A stretch of DNA of 64,000 nt, taken from Mobula hypostoma. Taxonomy: Eukaryota. The translations under genes and the position numbers were made by a program. The notes beneath the pieces were generated by a model that did no database searches, was not told the DNA's origin, and saw only the letters and a program-made list of their open reading frames with translations. Position 1 is the first letter of the stretch. Each line of letters opens with the position of its first letter. Location: positions 15,502,001 through 15,566,000 of the forward strand of contig NC_086109.1 of the NCBI RefSeq assembly GCF_963921235.1, written 5' to 3'. Positions 49,378 through 62,042 of the stretch are shown here, in pieces.

Positions 49378-49660
49378 TGGGTACAGAAGTGTAGCGGTTA
49401 GCACTACGCTCTACAGTACCAGTGACCCGGGTTCAATTTCCACTGCTGCCTGTAAGAGTTTGTATGTTCTCCCTATGATCGCATGGATTTCCTCCAAGTG
49501 CTCCCATTTCCTCCCACAATCCAAAGATGTGCCATTTGGTGGGTTAATTGGCCATTGTAAATTGTCCTGTGATTAGGCTTGGGTTAAAGCAGGGGAATTG
49601 CTGGGCTGTGCGACTCGAAGGGCCGGAAGCATGTATTCCACGTTGTATCTCAATAAAACA
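49378..49660 (+). mobile_element. tRNA-derived V-SINE (an inverted copy lies at ~50078-50352)
   Basis: tgtagcggttagc, gggttcaatttc, V-domain, tgtatctcaataaa tail. Confidence 0.8.
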
Positions 49661-50828
49661 AAATGGCAGCAGCTTCTATTTGTCTTACTAGGGTAAGGGG
49701 ATCCAAAATTGCACGGAAGTTGGTTTTCACTGGCAGGAGATAAGATGCAGATTTAATTGCCTAAAAGCTGTGCAGCAACTGAGGAGAAGTACTTTTCTGT
49801 AGGAAGATATGGAATGCATTGCCTTAGATCAGGGGTTCTCAACCTTTCTTATGCCATGTGGATCCCCGAATGGGAACCCGTGTATTAGAAGAATGGTGAA
49901 GAAAATTTTACAAATATTGAAAATAAGTTGATATATACTTGAAAAAGGGTCATTTTCAGGGCTCTGCAGTAAAAGCGAAGAAGTATGACAGAAAATTAGA
50001 ACATAGAAAGTAGAACACAGAATGTTATAGGACAGTACAGACCCTGCAGCCCACAATATTGTGGCGACTTTTTAGCTTTATTTACTTATTGAGATACAGT
50101 GCAAAATAGGCCCTTCTATCCCTTTGAACCATGCTGCCCTTCAATCCCCCGAATTAACCCTAGCCTCTTCACGGGACAATTTACAATGACCAATTCACCT
50201 ACCAACCAGTAGGTCTTTGGACTGTGGGCGAAAACCGGAGCACCTGGAGGAAACCCACGCGGTCACAGGGAGGACATAGAAACTGCTGACAGGTAGCAGT
50301 GGGAATTGAACCCAGGTCACTGGTTCTTACCACTGCACTACCATGATGCCCCATAATCTACTCCAAGATGTATCTAATGCTTCCCTTCTACATGGCCATC
50401 CATTTTCCTTTCACCCATGTGCCTACCTAAGTCTCTTAAATGTCCCCAATATATCTGCCTCTACCACCACCCCTAGCAGGGTGTTGTACCACGGCTTTAC
50501 ACCACTCCCGGTATAAAAAAAACTTACCTCTGATATGCACCCTATATTTTCCTCCAATCACCTTCAAATTGGTCCTTATTATATTAAGTATTTCCACCCT
50601 GGGAAAAAGCTGCTGGTTATCCACTCTGTCTATGCCTCTTATCATCTTGTACACCTTTGTCAAGTCACCTCTTATCCCTCTGCACTCCAAAGTCACCTCT
50701 CATCCTCCTTTTGCTCCAATCAGTAGACTTCCAGAAAGTGAAAAGGTGGCCAATTCCTCAGCTGTACTTCTTTATGATGTTTCTTTGTACTTTCCAGTTT
50801 TTGTTTTCGATCCCTCTCTTATACGCAG

Positions 50829-50904
50829 ACTGGAGCAAAGTTCAACAAGTGTGACAGCCCCCTCTCACCTTGACCATATAGTGAACGACATTCCGTTCAC
50901 TTAA
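50829..50904 (+). CDS. Candidate terminal coding exon of an unidentified host gene (x|LEQSSTSVTAPSHLDHIVNDIPFT*)
   Basis: About 60-nt pyrimidine-rich tract ending atacgcag|A at 50828/50829, non-repeat sequence with retained CpGs, 24 codons to TAA, followed by ~0.9 kb of mostly unique UTR-like sequence; reading frame is inferred. Confidence 0.45.
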
Positions 50905-51909
50905 ACAAACAACTGCTTCCAGCAAGCAATGCCTGATATTGATCGAGCATCGGCATCCTAGTCACTGTTTATCCTGCTCAGCTTTGTGAAGTTGATGAAA
51001 CTATTGTCAGCCTGACTTGGATTCATTAACCAGGTCTGCGCTTTGGGCTTTCCCAGTTGGATTGCTCAGTAATTACAGAGCAGAATAGACAGCACTGACT
51101 GTTGAATTGCTACAATGCATTCTTCAGCTGTGGTCATTGTGTCTGATCTGTCATTCTGTGCTATATCAGAATACAAGAACATCAAAATTAGGAGCAGGAG
51201 AGCCGTTTGGCCCATTAAGCCTATACTGCCATTTATTACGAACATGGCTGACTTCACTGGACAATCTTTTTGAAAGTGTTGCCTCCTCAGGATTCTTTTT
51301 TTTGTTTGTGATAGATTGCTTGTAGCTGAAGACAAATAGGATTTCAGAGTACTTGTATCATGTAGGAATTTGGAGAAACAAGAAATTCACTTTTATTGAA
51401 TATAATGTGTTTAACTACATAATGATGCTGACTCTTTGCAATAGCTCAACTAAGCTAAAAATGTTTTGTTGACAATTTTCGTTTGTGCTCAGTGTCTGAG
51501 ACTTCTCACTTTAGTGTCCAACAATAATGAGCTAGCATTGATGGATTCCAGTTGCTTTGACACCATTTCTCCATGATCGCAATGTCCTGGTGAAACCTCT
51601 TACCATGCTCATCACTGACAGTGCCAAGATTTGCAGGGAAAGTTTAAATGGGAATGCAGAAAATGAATCTTTAGTGACATGTTGCACTTCATGGTTTTGT
51701 ATGCTTGAAGTATGTTGTCAATCAGCTGCACAGAGTTTGGTGCGCTGTAGTTGCCAAGAAAATATTACTCAGCAAGGAAAATCTTTATTGTCTAGTGTAT
51801 TTCTTGCCCTCCTTTCATATTAACATAGAACATTACAGCACAGTACAGGCCCTTTGGCCCACATTGTTGTGCCGACCTTTTAACCTACTCCAAGATCAAT
51901 CCAACCATT

Positions 51910-52460
51910 CACTGCATCACTGCCTGGTTCAGAAATTGCACCATCTCGGATCGCAAGACCCTGCAGCGGATAGTGAGGTCAGCTGAGAAGATCATCGGGG
52001 TCTCTCCTCCCGCCATCACAGACATTTACACCACACGCTGCATCCGTAAAGCAAACAGCATTATGAAGGACCCACGCACCCCTCATACAAACTCTTCTCC
52101 CTCCTGCCATCTGGCAAAAGGCACCAAAGTACTCGGGCTCTCACAACCAGGCTACGTAACAATTTCTTCCCCCAAGCCATCAGACTCCTCAATACCCAGA
52201 GCCTGGACTGACACCAACCCACTGCCCTCTACTGTGCCTATTGTCTTGTTTATTATTTATTGTAATGCCTGCACTCTTCTGTGCACTTTATGCAGTCCTG
52301 GGTAGGTCTGTAGTCTAGTGTAGTTTTGCGTTGTTTTACGTAGTTCAGTGTAGTTTTTGTATTGTTTCATGTAGCACCATGGTCCTGAAAAACATTGTCT
52401 CATTTTTACTGTGTACTGTACCAGCAGTTATGGTCAAAATGACAATAAGGTGACTTGACT
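51910..52460 (+). mobile_element. Rex1/Babar-type LINE 3' end
   Basis: CITAWFRNC...RSAEKIIGVS...IYTTRCIRKANSIMKDP; tail aataaggtgacttgact. Confidence 0.85.
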
Positions 52461-52914
52461 CTTACATAGCCCTCTTTTTTTTTGCTATCTTTCTGTACAT
52501 TCTCCTAATTATCCAGACATCTAGCAGTCTCTATTTTGAATGAACTCCTCGGTGGTTCTCTGGGGTACAGTGTTCCAAAGATTCACCATCTTCTAAGTGA
52601 AGAAAAATTCAACCTCATCTGGTCCTATGTGACCAACTCTTTATTCTGAGACTCTGAACCCTAAATCTAGGGTCCTCAGCCAAGGAAAATATCTTCACTA
52701 CACAGACTTCTAGCAAGCAATTGCAAGTTTTTAATGAGCTCACTTAGAGAATACAAGTCCAGTTTACACAATTTCTCCTTAGTGAACCAACCATCCCTGG
52801 AACCAATCTAGTGAACCATCACTAGATTCCTTTTATTGTAGAACAGTTTGGAAGCACCAGATAATTCACTCCTGCTCCTCTGTATGTTTATATATCATAA
52901 TATAATTACATGTC

Positions 52915-53315
52915 TCTAACTTCTGGTAATTTCTCTCCCCTCCCTTTCCTTCGATCTTTTTCCATTTCCCATCCTGACTCTCTCACCTCTTATCTTCTCC
53001 TCACCTGCCCATCATCTTTGTCCATCTTCCTTCCCTTTCTCTCTTCTCTCCTATCAGATTCCTCATTTTTTACCTTTATCCTTTTCACTTGTCTCTTCTC
53101 AGCATCTCATTTCATCAACCTCTCCCACCCACCCACCTTCCCTCTCACCTGGCTTCACCCATCACCTGCCAGCTTGTACTCCTTCCCTTCCCTACCTTCT
53201 TCTTCCCCCTTCCGTTCCAGACCTGATGAAGGTTCTTGGCCTGAAATGTTGACTGTTCATTTCCCTCCATTGATGTTGCCTGACCTGCTGAATTCCCCCA
53301 GCATTTTGTGTGCGT
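52915..53315 (+). mobile_element. Penelope-like element 3' end
   Basis: Pyrimidine tract, hammerhead-like motif 53218-53255, family terminus. Confidence 0.75.
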
Positions 53316-53869
53316 TGTCATTTTTTTCCTTGTTTTGTTTTCCACAGACATTATTTTTGTGGTTAGGAGAGCAGAATTGTACACAACACAGCAGGCGTTG
53401 GCTCATAAAGGCCCTGTATAATTGTTGAAGTTTCTGCAGTTTTTAAGTGAGAAGCAAAGGTTAGCTTTTAGATCTCTACTGCGTACTTGTGTAAGCAATT
53501 TGGCAAATTTGTTTCTTGTGTACAGTCTACTGCATCTTATATTGATCTAAGCCCATTAAAAGGAAACCTGATGCATCAAGAGTGAATTGTGATTCCATCA
53601 AATTTCCATCATGTTTATTATTTTTCCCCTTTTCAAAATGTCTATTGCATTTCAGTCACAGGCTAAGGGCATCAAGTTACTTCTAACTTATTTTGTACAA
53701 GATACTTAAAAAGACCAGCCAGCTAATTAAATTTTATTTAAGAAACCAAGCTAGAGTATGCCTTAATGGTTTTGTTGGATTATAATGTAAAAACTTATTT
53801 TTCCTCATAGGAAAACTTTTTCTTTGAAAAGTTTTCCTATGTTTGTTTGTATTTTTATCTAGTCATCTA

Positions 53870-54345
53870 GACTCAGTTGCCACTTTATTAGGCATCTTCT
53901 GTCTCCGTATGTGTATGTCCGTGGTCTTCGGCTGCTGTCGCCCATCCACCTCAAGGTTCGATGTGTTGTGCATTCAGTGATGTTCTTCTGCACACCACTG
54001 TTGTAATACGTGGTTATTGAAGTTACTGTCATCTTCCTGTCAGTTTGAACCAGTCTGGCCATTCTCCTCTGATCTCTCTCATTAACAAGGCTTTTCCAAC
54101 CACAGAACTGCCACTCACTGGATGTTTTCTTTTGTTTTTCACACCACCCTCTGTAAAGTCCAGAGACTGTTGTGCATGAAAATCTCAGATCATCAGCAGT
54201 TTCTGAGATACTCAAACCACCCCACCTGGCAACAACAATCATTCCACTGTCAAAGTCACTTAGATCACGTTTATTCCCCCTTTCTGACACTTGGTCTGAA
54301 CAACAACTGAACCTCTTGACCATGTCTGCATTGCTTTTATGCAGC
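53870..54345 (-). mobile_element. Tc1-like non-autonomous element, HTH region open
   Basis: ORF 53859-54356: DLSDFDSGMIVVARWGGLSISETADDLRFSCTTVSGLYRGW...TTHRTLRWMGDSSRRP; TIR actcagttgccactttattagg. Confidence 0.85.
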
Positions 54346-54691
54346 ATTTCACTCACAGTTGAGAACCAGATACCTCTGCTTTGCTATACCCTCCAGCTCT
54401 GTCTGTCTGTCTTGCTGATTTTCCTTCAGGTGCACTGACTGGAAGAGAGAGCTTTCATGTTACTTCTTGTAGTACAGGCAAGATCACTCTATTGCAGCCA
54501 TAATAAACCTCACTTAGCTAAAAAAAAAATAAAGAGTGTGAAATGGACAAGTTGTCCAAGCATGTGGGAGTTTTAGCATTAATGCAATTTTGAACCTACG
54601 ATTTATGTAGAAGTTATATAAGACGCTGGTGAGGCTTCACCTGGAATATTGTGTACAGATTGTGTTCATCCTGTTATAGAAAAGATGTTAC

Positions 54692-57256
54692 TGTGTCTGA
54701 CTTCACTACTTCCTTTACCACCTTGAAAGCCACCTCACGTCCATTGCCATTTCTTTCCGATCTCGTGTAATGAGTTTAAGGGGTGGAGCGCCATAGCCTG
54801 GTTTGGAAGAAACCTGTTATAGTAATTAAAAAATCCAAAAAGGATCACAACTGTGACAGGTCTTTTAGCCTTGGGGCACCCACCACTGCTTGAATTTTCT
54901 GTGCACACTTGTGTAATCCTTATGCATCAATAGTGGGATTGCAGAATGTGATGTTTGGTTTAAAGAATTCACACTTGTTGCTTTGTGCTCTAAGCCCTTA
55001 ATCTTCTAATTGTTTTAACACCGTCTTGAGATTTTGGAGATGTTCCTCGTCATCCTTACCAGTAACATCTAGGTAACACTAAGTGCCTGGGCAGCCTTGT
55101 AGCACCTGGCCCATAGCTTTCTGCCAGAGCGCAGGTACAGATGATAGTCCAAAAATAAGCCTATTACAGTGATAAAGCCCTTTGTGAGTGTATATGGTGA
55201 GAAACACTTTGGGCTTTTCTTCCATCTCCATCTGTAGGTAGACCTCAGCAAGTCCACTTTGCTGAAGTGTTTTCCTCCAAAAAGATTTGGAAAGACATCT
55301 TCGTTCCTGGGTAGAGGACATTGATCTACTTTCAGTACTGGGTTGACGGCGACCTTAAAGTCACCAGAGATCCTGACAGACCCATTCTTTTTGGCTACTG
55401 GAACCACTAGTGTTGCCTATGGACTCCACTCAACCTTGATAAGAATTCCTTCAGCCTCTATGCGATCTAGCTCACTGTCTACTTTATCACAGATGGCTTA
55501 AGGAACTGTACGGGCTTTGTAAACCTCGGTGTGGTATTTTTATTTAACACAATTTCACACTTGACAAGTTTGAGTTTTCCAATGCCATCCCTGAGCACTG
55601 CTGTGGCATTCTCCAGCACCTTTCTCAATTCGCTTTCAGCTGACTCTATTGCAGGGGACATCACATGCTAATGGTGGATGAATCTTCAATCAAGCTGGTA
55701 GTGTCTCAGCCACACATGACCCCACAATGCTGGCCCTCCTGCTCTTACCACATACCAACACAATGTGGCTTGTTGATTGTTGTATTTCACTTTTACAAAG
55801 TCATTCCCACAGGAGTATATTTTTTTTACCAGTACAAGTTCTGAGTTAGATATCTGCAGGCTTCATTTCAGCACCTTTGAAATGCCACTCAAATTCTTTT
55901 TATAGAATGATTGAAACACCCAAGTCAGTGGCAAATTCCATTTTAATTAATTTGATATTCACTTCTGATCTAAACCATATTGCTTGTCTACTGTTAATTT
56001 TCACATAGTAAATCTTAAGGCTACACAGTCCTGTGTCACTATCATTATTATCTGATATTTCCTCCACAGCATGCAGATTGATGCTCTTTTTGAAACTGCA
56101 ACTTAACTTTATCTTTTTCTCTTCTCTTTATTTTTGTCTACCCAACATGCTCTTTGTTTGTGTCCTACATTATTGCATTTTCTGCAAGTTTCAGCTTTCA
56201 ATCTGGATTGATCTGGTGTATTTGAGCTCCTGTCTCAACGGTAACACAACTTGTTCAGCCAGGCTGGTTTCACTCACTTACATTCCTGATTGTCTCAATT
56301 GTGTCTGTCTGCTGTTCGCATTGGTACAGCTGTTTCGACTGCTCTTTTAAATGTAAACTGTGCTTCAGTTAGGAACCATTTTTAAATGTTTTCTTTTAAG
56401 ATTCCATGGGTCATGCAATCTCTCTGTGTATTATTAAGTCCAACACTGAACTGACAAGGCTCAGGCAACTTCAATTCAGCCGCGTACACTGAAATGGATT
56501 CCCCTTCCTTTTGATTCCGCTTATAAAACCTAAAGCATTCTGCAATCAACAATGGTTTTGGTTCTCAATCTTCCTGCATTACTTTCATGATATTAGCAAA
56601 GCTCATTTTGGCTTGTTTGGTTAGAGCAGTTAAGCTTCTAAGCAAACTGCATGCCTTTAAATCCAATGCACTCAGCAGAAATGACACTTGTTTCTCTTTG
56701 ACTATTACATTTGCTTTAAAATACTGTTCAATCGGTTCAGTATACATATTCCAGTTATCTCTTTTGTTACTGAAGGCATCTTCCTTTCCAATGTCACCAC
56801 CCATTTCTGCTTTTTGTTTTTAAAAAACTTTATATTATTACCCAGTATTCACTGTTCATGAACCCATGAATTTGTTTATTTTATGCCTTTTTTTAAACAC
56901 TCGACCATGTTCTCACTCTCACTTCCAAAGAGACGTGCTGCGTGCTTTTTTAAAAACTCAAACATATCTTTGCACTTCAGCAGGTAGGCAGTCTTCTTGG
57001 TTTTGTTTAAAACTTCCTCATCACCACTGTTATATCTTGTTGCTCCAAAACATAAAAATGAATTAAAAGGAAAGTATTGGAGTTGAGAATGTGAGTCTAA
57101 ACTTTGTTTTCACTTTAAGTGGCATGATGACACAAGTCATTTATGTGCTTTTACACATAACTCACAATGTATTATGTAAACAAAAAATGCTTATTGAAAC
57201 AATACATTTACAATATTACTCAAATATTACTGAAATATTACACTAAATACACAATA
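54692..57256 (-). mobile_element. Ty3/Gypsy LTR retrotransposon relic (5' LTR 57028-57256, PBS, gag, protease, RT; integrase and 3' LTR deleted)
   Basis: gag IGKEDAF...NWNMYTEPIEQYFKAN; RT VPVAKKNGSVRISGDFKVAVNPVL...PLPR...FSKVDL; PBS-like TGGTGATGAG next to the LTR; GTTAC at 54687-91 and 57257-61. Confidence 0.9.
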
Positions 57257-58146
57257 GTTACTACCTTGAAATACTATGAAGTGTTCACTATGCTGAAGGC
57301 TGCATAATCATCTTTATTGATATTGAGAGTTAAAATAAGATTATTGCTGTAAATCCATTTGGGTTATTCCAGGATTAGCTATTTTATCCAATAACTGGAG
57401 AGAATTCATTGGTTAATAGTTAACTAGCACAAGCCTTAGTGTAGAGGCATCTTAAATTCTCCCTATTTGAATGTGATCTCTGACCCCACATTCTACTGAG
57501 ATATTTATTGTTTTGCTAAGTTTCTCTCTTCATCATTGATTAGTTTGATGATGCACAAGAAGAAAATACAAAATAATCATGGCTAATACTTTTAAGGGAG
57601 GGCATAATTTTAAGGTAAGGACAGATGCTGGAAATCCAGAGTAACACACCTAAAATGCAGAAGGAACTCAGCAGGTTAGGCAGCTCTAGGGAAAGGAATA
57701 AATAGTTGATATTTCAGACTGAGAGAAAAGTATAGGGGGGATATCAGAGGTAAGTTTTTTTTCCACACAGAGAGTGGTGTGGTGAGTGCTTGAATGCCCT
57801 GCCAAGAGTGGTGGTAAAGGCAGATTCTTCAGAGCAGTTTCAGACTCTTGGATAACACTCAACCTCTCATGATCCCAGAATACATCTTACACAGTCAACA
57901 AAGCTCACTGACGCCTGGACTTTCTGATAAGGCTGAAGAGAGCAGGACTTTGCACATCCATACTCCGCAGATGTGCAGTAGAGAGCATCCTAACAATCTG
58001 CATTACTGCATGGTACAGAAACTGCACTGCGGTGGACAGGAAGCTCTACAACGGGTAGTCAAAACTGCCCAGTGCATCACCAGCACCAGCTGACCCGACA
58101 TCAAGGACACACACACACATAAAATATATATATATAGAAGGGTGCC

Positions 58147-58409
58147 TTTCTTCTAGCGTGTCGCACCAGACAGTGAGCCACTCTTGTCTGACGCGTGGTG
58201 TCAGGATTGGTCTCCTTTCAGATTAACCGGGTCATGATATGAATGTTTCTGACTTGACCCTTTTTTTTTTAAATATGAGGCTGAGTGGCTAGCTCGACGC
58301 TCAACCCGGCACGGATGGAAAGCGTGCTCGGGGGTGGCTGACTTGAATTCGAACTCGGGAGCCTTCTCTCCAGAGTCTGGCGCTGATGCCATTGCGCCAC
58401 CAGCCGGCC
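58147..58409 (-). mobile_element. Young tRNA-derived SINE of a non-V family, 11-bp TSD
   Basis: Minus-strand head ggccggctggTGGCGCAATGGcatcagcg...GAGTTCGAATTC (A and B boxes); AGAAGGGTGCC at 58136-46 and 58410-20; CpG-rich. Confidence 0.85.
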
Positions 58410-58663
58410 AGAAGGGTGCCCGGAAAAGGCTAGTAACATCATAAAGGATCTCATAAACTGTTTGCCCCTCTCCCATCAGGGAGGAAGCTGCACAGCATCC
58501 ACAGCAGGACCGCCAGGCTCAAAATCAGTTATGTTCCCCTCATGAAGCTGATCAACACCTCCATCCACTACTTTATTATTTCCCATCAGTTACCTTTATG
58601 TACAGCCCAGCATCACTTTACGGACATGCGATCAATCTATATGTATATAAGCTATCTTATGTA

Positions 58664-60250
58664 CAGTGCCTATAAAAAGTATTTACCTCCTTGGAAGTTT
58701 TCATGTTTCATTGGTTTACAACATAGAAACAGTGCATTTTGTTTGGCTTTTCTGACACTGATCAACAGAAGATACTCTTTTGTGTCAAAGTGAAAACAAA
58801 TTTCTACAAATTGATCTAAATTTATTACAATTATTAAACACAGAATAATTAATTGCATTATTACTCACCCTCTTCAAGTCAGTATTTAGTAGACGCACCT
58901 TTGGCAGCAATTACAGCCTTGAGTCTGTGTGTATCAGCTTTGGACATCAGGACACTGCAATTTTTCCCCATTCTTCTTTACAAAACCGCTCAAGCTCTGT
59001 CAGATTGCATCAGGATTGTGAGTGAACAGCCCTTCTCAAGTCCAGTCACAAATTCTCAATTGAATTAAGGTCTGGACTCTGACTTGGCCACTCCAGCACA
59101 TTAACTTTGTTGTTTTATAAGATATTCCTGTGTTGCTTTCGCTTTATGCTTAGGGTCATTATCTTATTGGAAAACAAATCTCCTCCCAAGTCGCAGTTCT
59201 TTTGCAGACAGCATCAGGTTTCTCGCCATGATTTCCCTGTATTTTGCTGCATTTTTTACCCTCTCCCCTCACCCCTCACAAGCCTTCCAGGGCCTGCTGC
59301 AGTGATGCATCCACACAACGTGATGCAGTCACCACCATACTTCACGGTAGGGATGGTGTGTTTTTGATGATGTGCGGTGTTTGGCTTACACTTAGTCTGA
59401 TGGCCAAAAAGCTCAGTTTTGGTTTCATCAGACCATAAAACCTTCTTCCAGCTGACTTCAGCGTCTCCCACATGCCTTCTGGCAAACTCTAACTGAGATT
59501 TCACGTGAGTTTTTTTCAGTGGCTTTCTTTTTAACCGCTCTCCCGTAAAGCTGTGACTAGAGAAGCAGCTGGGTTACAGTTGCTGCTTGCGCATTCTCTC
59601 CCATCTCAGTCACTGAAGCTTGTATCTCCTCCAGAGTTTTCATAGGTCTCTTGGTGGCAGCCCTCACTAGTCCCCTTCTTGCATGGTTTTGGAGGATGGC
59701 CTGCTCTAGGCAGATTTACAGCCGTCCCATATTCTTTCCATTTCTTGATGATCGACTTAACCGTACTCCAAAGGATATTCAGAGTCTTGGAAGTTTTTTT
59801 GTATCCATCTCCTACCTTGTGCTTTTCAATAACCTTTTCACAGAGTTGATTGGAGTGTTCTTTTGTCTTCATGGTGTGGTTTTTGCCAGGATACTGACTC
59901 ACCAGCATTTGGAACTTTCAGATACAGGTGTAGTTTTACCACAATCAATTGAAACACTTTGACTGCCTGCCACTTAACTAATTATGTAACTTCTAAAGCC
60001 AATTAGCTGCACCACTGATAATTTGGTGTGTCACATTAAAGGAGGTGAATACTTATGCAAACAATTATTTTGTGTTTTATATTTGTAATTAATTTAGATC
60101 ACTTTGCAGAGATCTGTTTTTGCTTAGACATGACAGTCTTTTTCGGTTATCACTGTCAAAAAAGCCAAATTAAATCTACTATGATTCAATGCTGTAAAAC
60201 AATAAAACATAAAAACATCTGGGGGGGGGAAATACTTTTTATATGCACTG
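58664..60250 (-). mobile_element. Full-length but inactivated Tc1 (DD34E-type) transposon with ~200-bp TIRs
   Basis: Termini ta|CAGTGCCTATAAAAAGTATT and AATACTTTTTATATGCACTG; MKTKEHS...GYKK...STVKSIIKKWKEYG, VLWSDETK, DNDPKH, EWPSQSPDLNSIEN, with frameshifts. Confidence 0.92.
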
Positions 60251-60699
60251 TTAATATTTTTTGTGCTTTTTATTATCATTGTGTTCTTTATATCTTGTGC
60301 TTTCTTTTTGTGCTGCGTCAGATCTGGAGTAACTAATATTTCGTTCTTCTTTACACTTGTTAACAGGAAATGACATGAATCAATCTTGAATCTTGAAACT
60401 CTTTGATAGGCACATGGATAAAAGAAAAATGGAGGGCAATGTAGGAGGGAAGAGTTATATTAATCTTAGATTAGGTTAAAGAGTCACCACAACATCACGG
60501 GCTGAAGGGCCTGTATTGAGCTGTAGCGTTCTCTGTTCTTAAAAAGCTGAAGAAGCAAAAATCGAGAGTGTGAGATGAAGAAACAAAGTAGAATAAAACT
60601 CCTGGGGAACAATTGATTTCGATAGTTTCTGTTTTTAAGCCCTAAATAAAACAAGTAGCGCCCATTAACGGTATGAAGCAATGATTAACTTTTAGGGAT

Positions 60700-60995
60700 A
60701 TGGTACTGTAGCATTAATACTAGATTACTGGACTAGTATCCAGAGACATGAATTAAACCTTACTGTGACCAAAGGGAGTTTTAATTCAAGTATGTTCTGA
60801 AAAAAATGTAATATCAATAACAGTGATGATGAAAATACAATCACTGATAAATTCTTCAGGGAAGTAAATCTGCCATCCTTACCTTGATTTGCCTTGTATG
60901 TGACTCCAGACCACCAAAGTAGATGACTCTAACTGAAGTTAGGCACAGGCGATAAATGTTGGTCTTGACTGTGCTTCACACATCCTGTGAATTAG
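60700..60995 (+). mobile_element. Old SINE remnant
   Basis: actggactagtatccagag...gggaagtaaatctgccatccttacc...tgtgactccagacc...ataaatgttggtcttg resembles a common chondrichthyan SINE (recalled, not searched). Confidence 0.5.
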
Positions 60996-62042
60996 CAAAA
61001 AAAAGATTGGTAAATTGGTTTTATTCTTGTCACATATACAGAGGTACAATGAAAACTTTGTTTTGCACACCATCCTTACAAATCATTTCATTAGCTAGTA
61101 CAAGGGTAAAGCAATAAAGCAATAACTGAATGCAGAATAAAATGTTACAGTTACAGGAAAGTACAGTGCAGACAGACAATATGGTGCAAGGCCATGACAA
61201 GGTAGATTGTGAGGACAAGAGTCTATCCTATCATACAAAGAGATCATTCAAAAGGCTCAGAATAGCGGGACAGAAGCTGTCCGTGAGCCTGGTGGTACAT
61301 CCTTTCAGGCTTTTGTATCTTCCACCCAAAGGGAGGAGTGAGAATAGAGAATGTCCAGCTTGGGTGGGGTTATTGATAATGTAGGCTGCTTTACTGAGTC
61401 TGTGAGGAGTGTAGACAGACTATAGGTAAGTGTAGGCACTGGATAGATTGTAGAGGATCAATACAGCTAATGCTCTCCTTTGATAACATGCATGATCGGT
61501 TTTCTCTGAGAAGTAATTTGAGAAGAGTTTTATGCATTTCTAAATAATTTACAGTGTTATATGTAATTAGGTAGCATTCAACCTGTTCCAGCTGGGGCTA
61601 ATTGAGGTGAATAACAGCTGTCCCACAGAATTGACATCGGTGGCTGCTGGGCATAGAAAGGGGAAAGGAGAATTTGCACGTGGTATCAGTGGGGATGCCT
61701 GGAACCAACTCATGAACTGATAAATGGTCCAGCAACCCATAATCAGGAAAAGATGATTAATTTTGCATTTGAACTACTGTGACCGAGGGTTTCAGATGAT
61801 GCAGACCAACTGTGAACAGACGGTTTCAGACGAGGCGTTCAGGCAGCAGAGAAGGAAAGCGGTGACGTAACTCTACTACAGTGCCAGCAACCCAGGTTCA
61901 AATCCTGCCGCTATCTGTACGTTATGGGGTGCTCTGGTTTCCTGCCACATTCCAAAGACGTGTAGGTTATGACGTTAGTTGGTCACACGGGTGTAATTGG
62001 GCGATGCGGGCTCGTTGGACAAGAAGGGCCTGTTACCATCAC

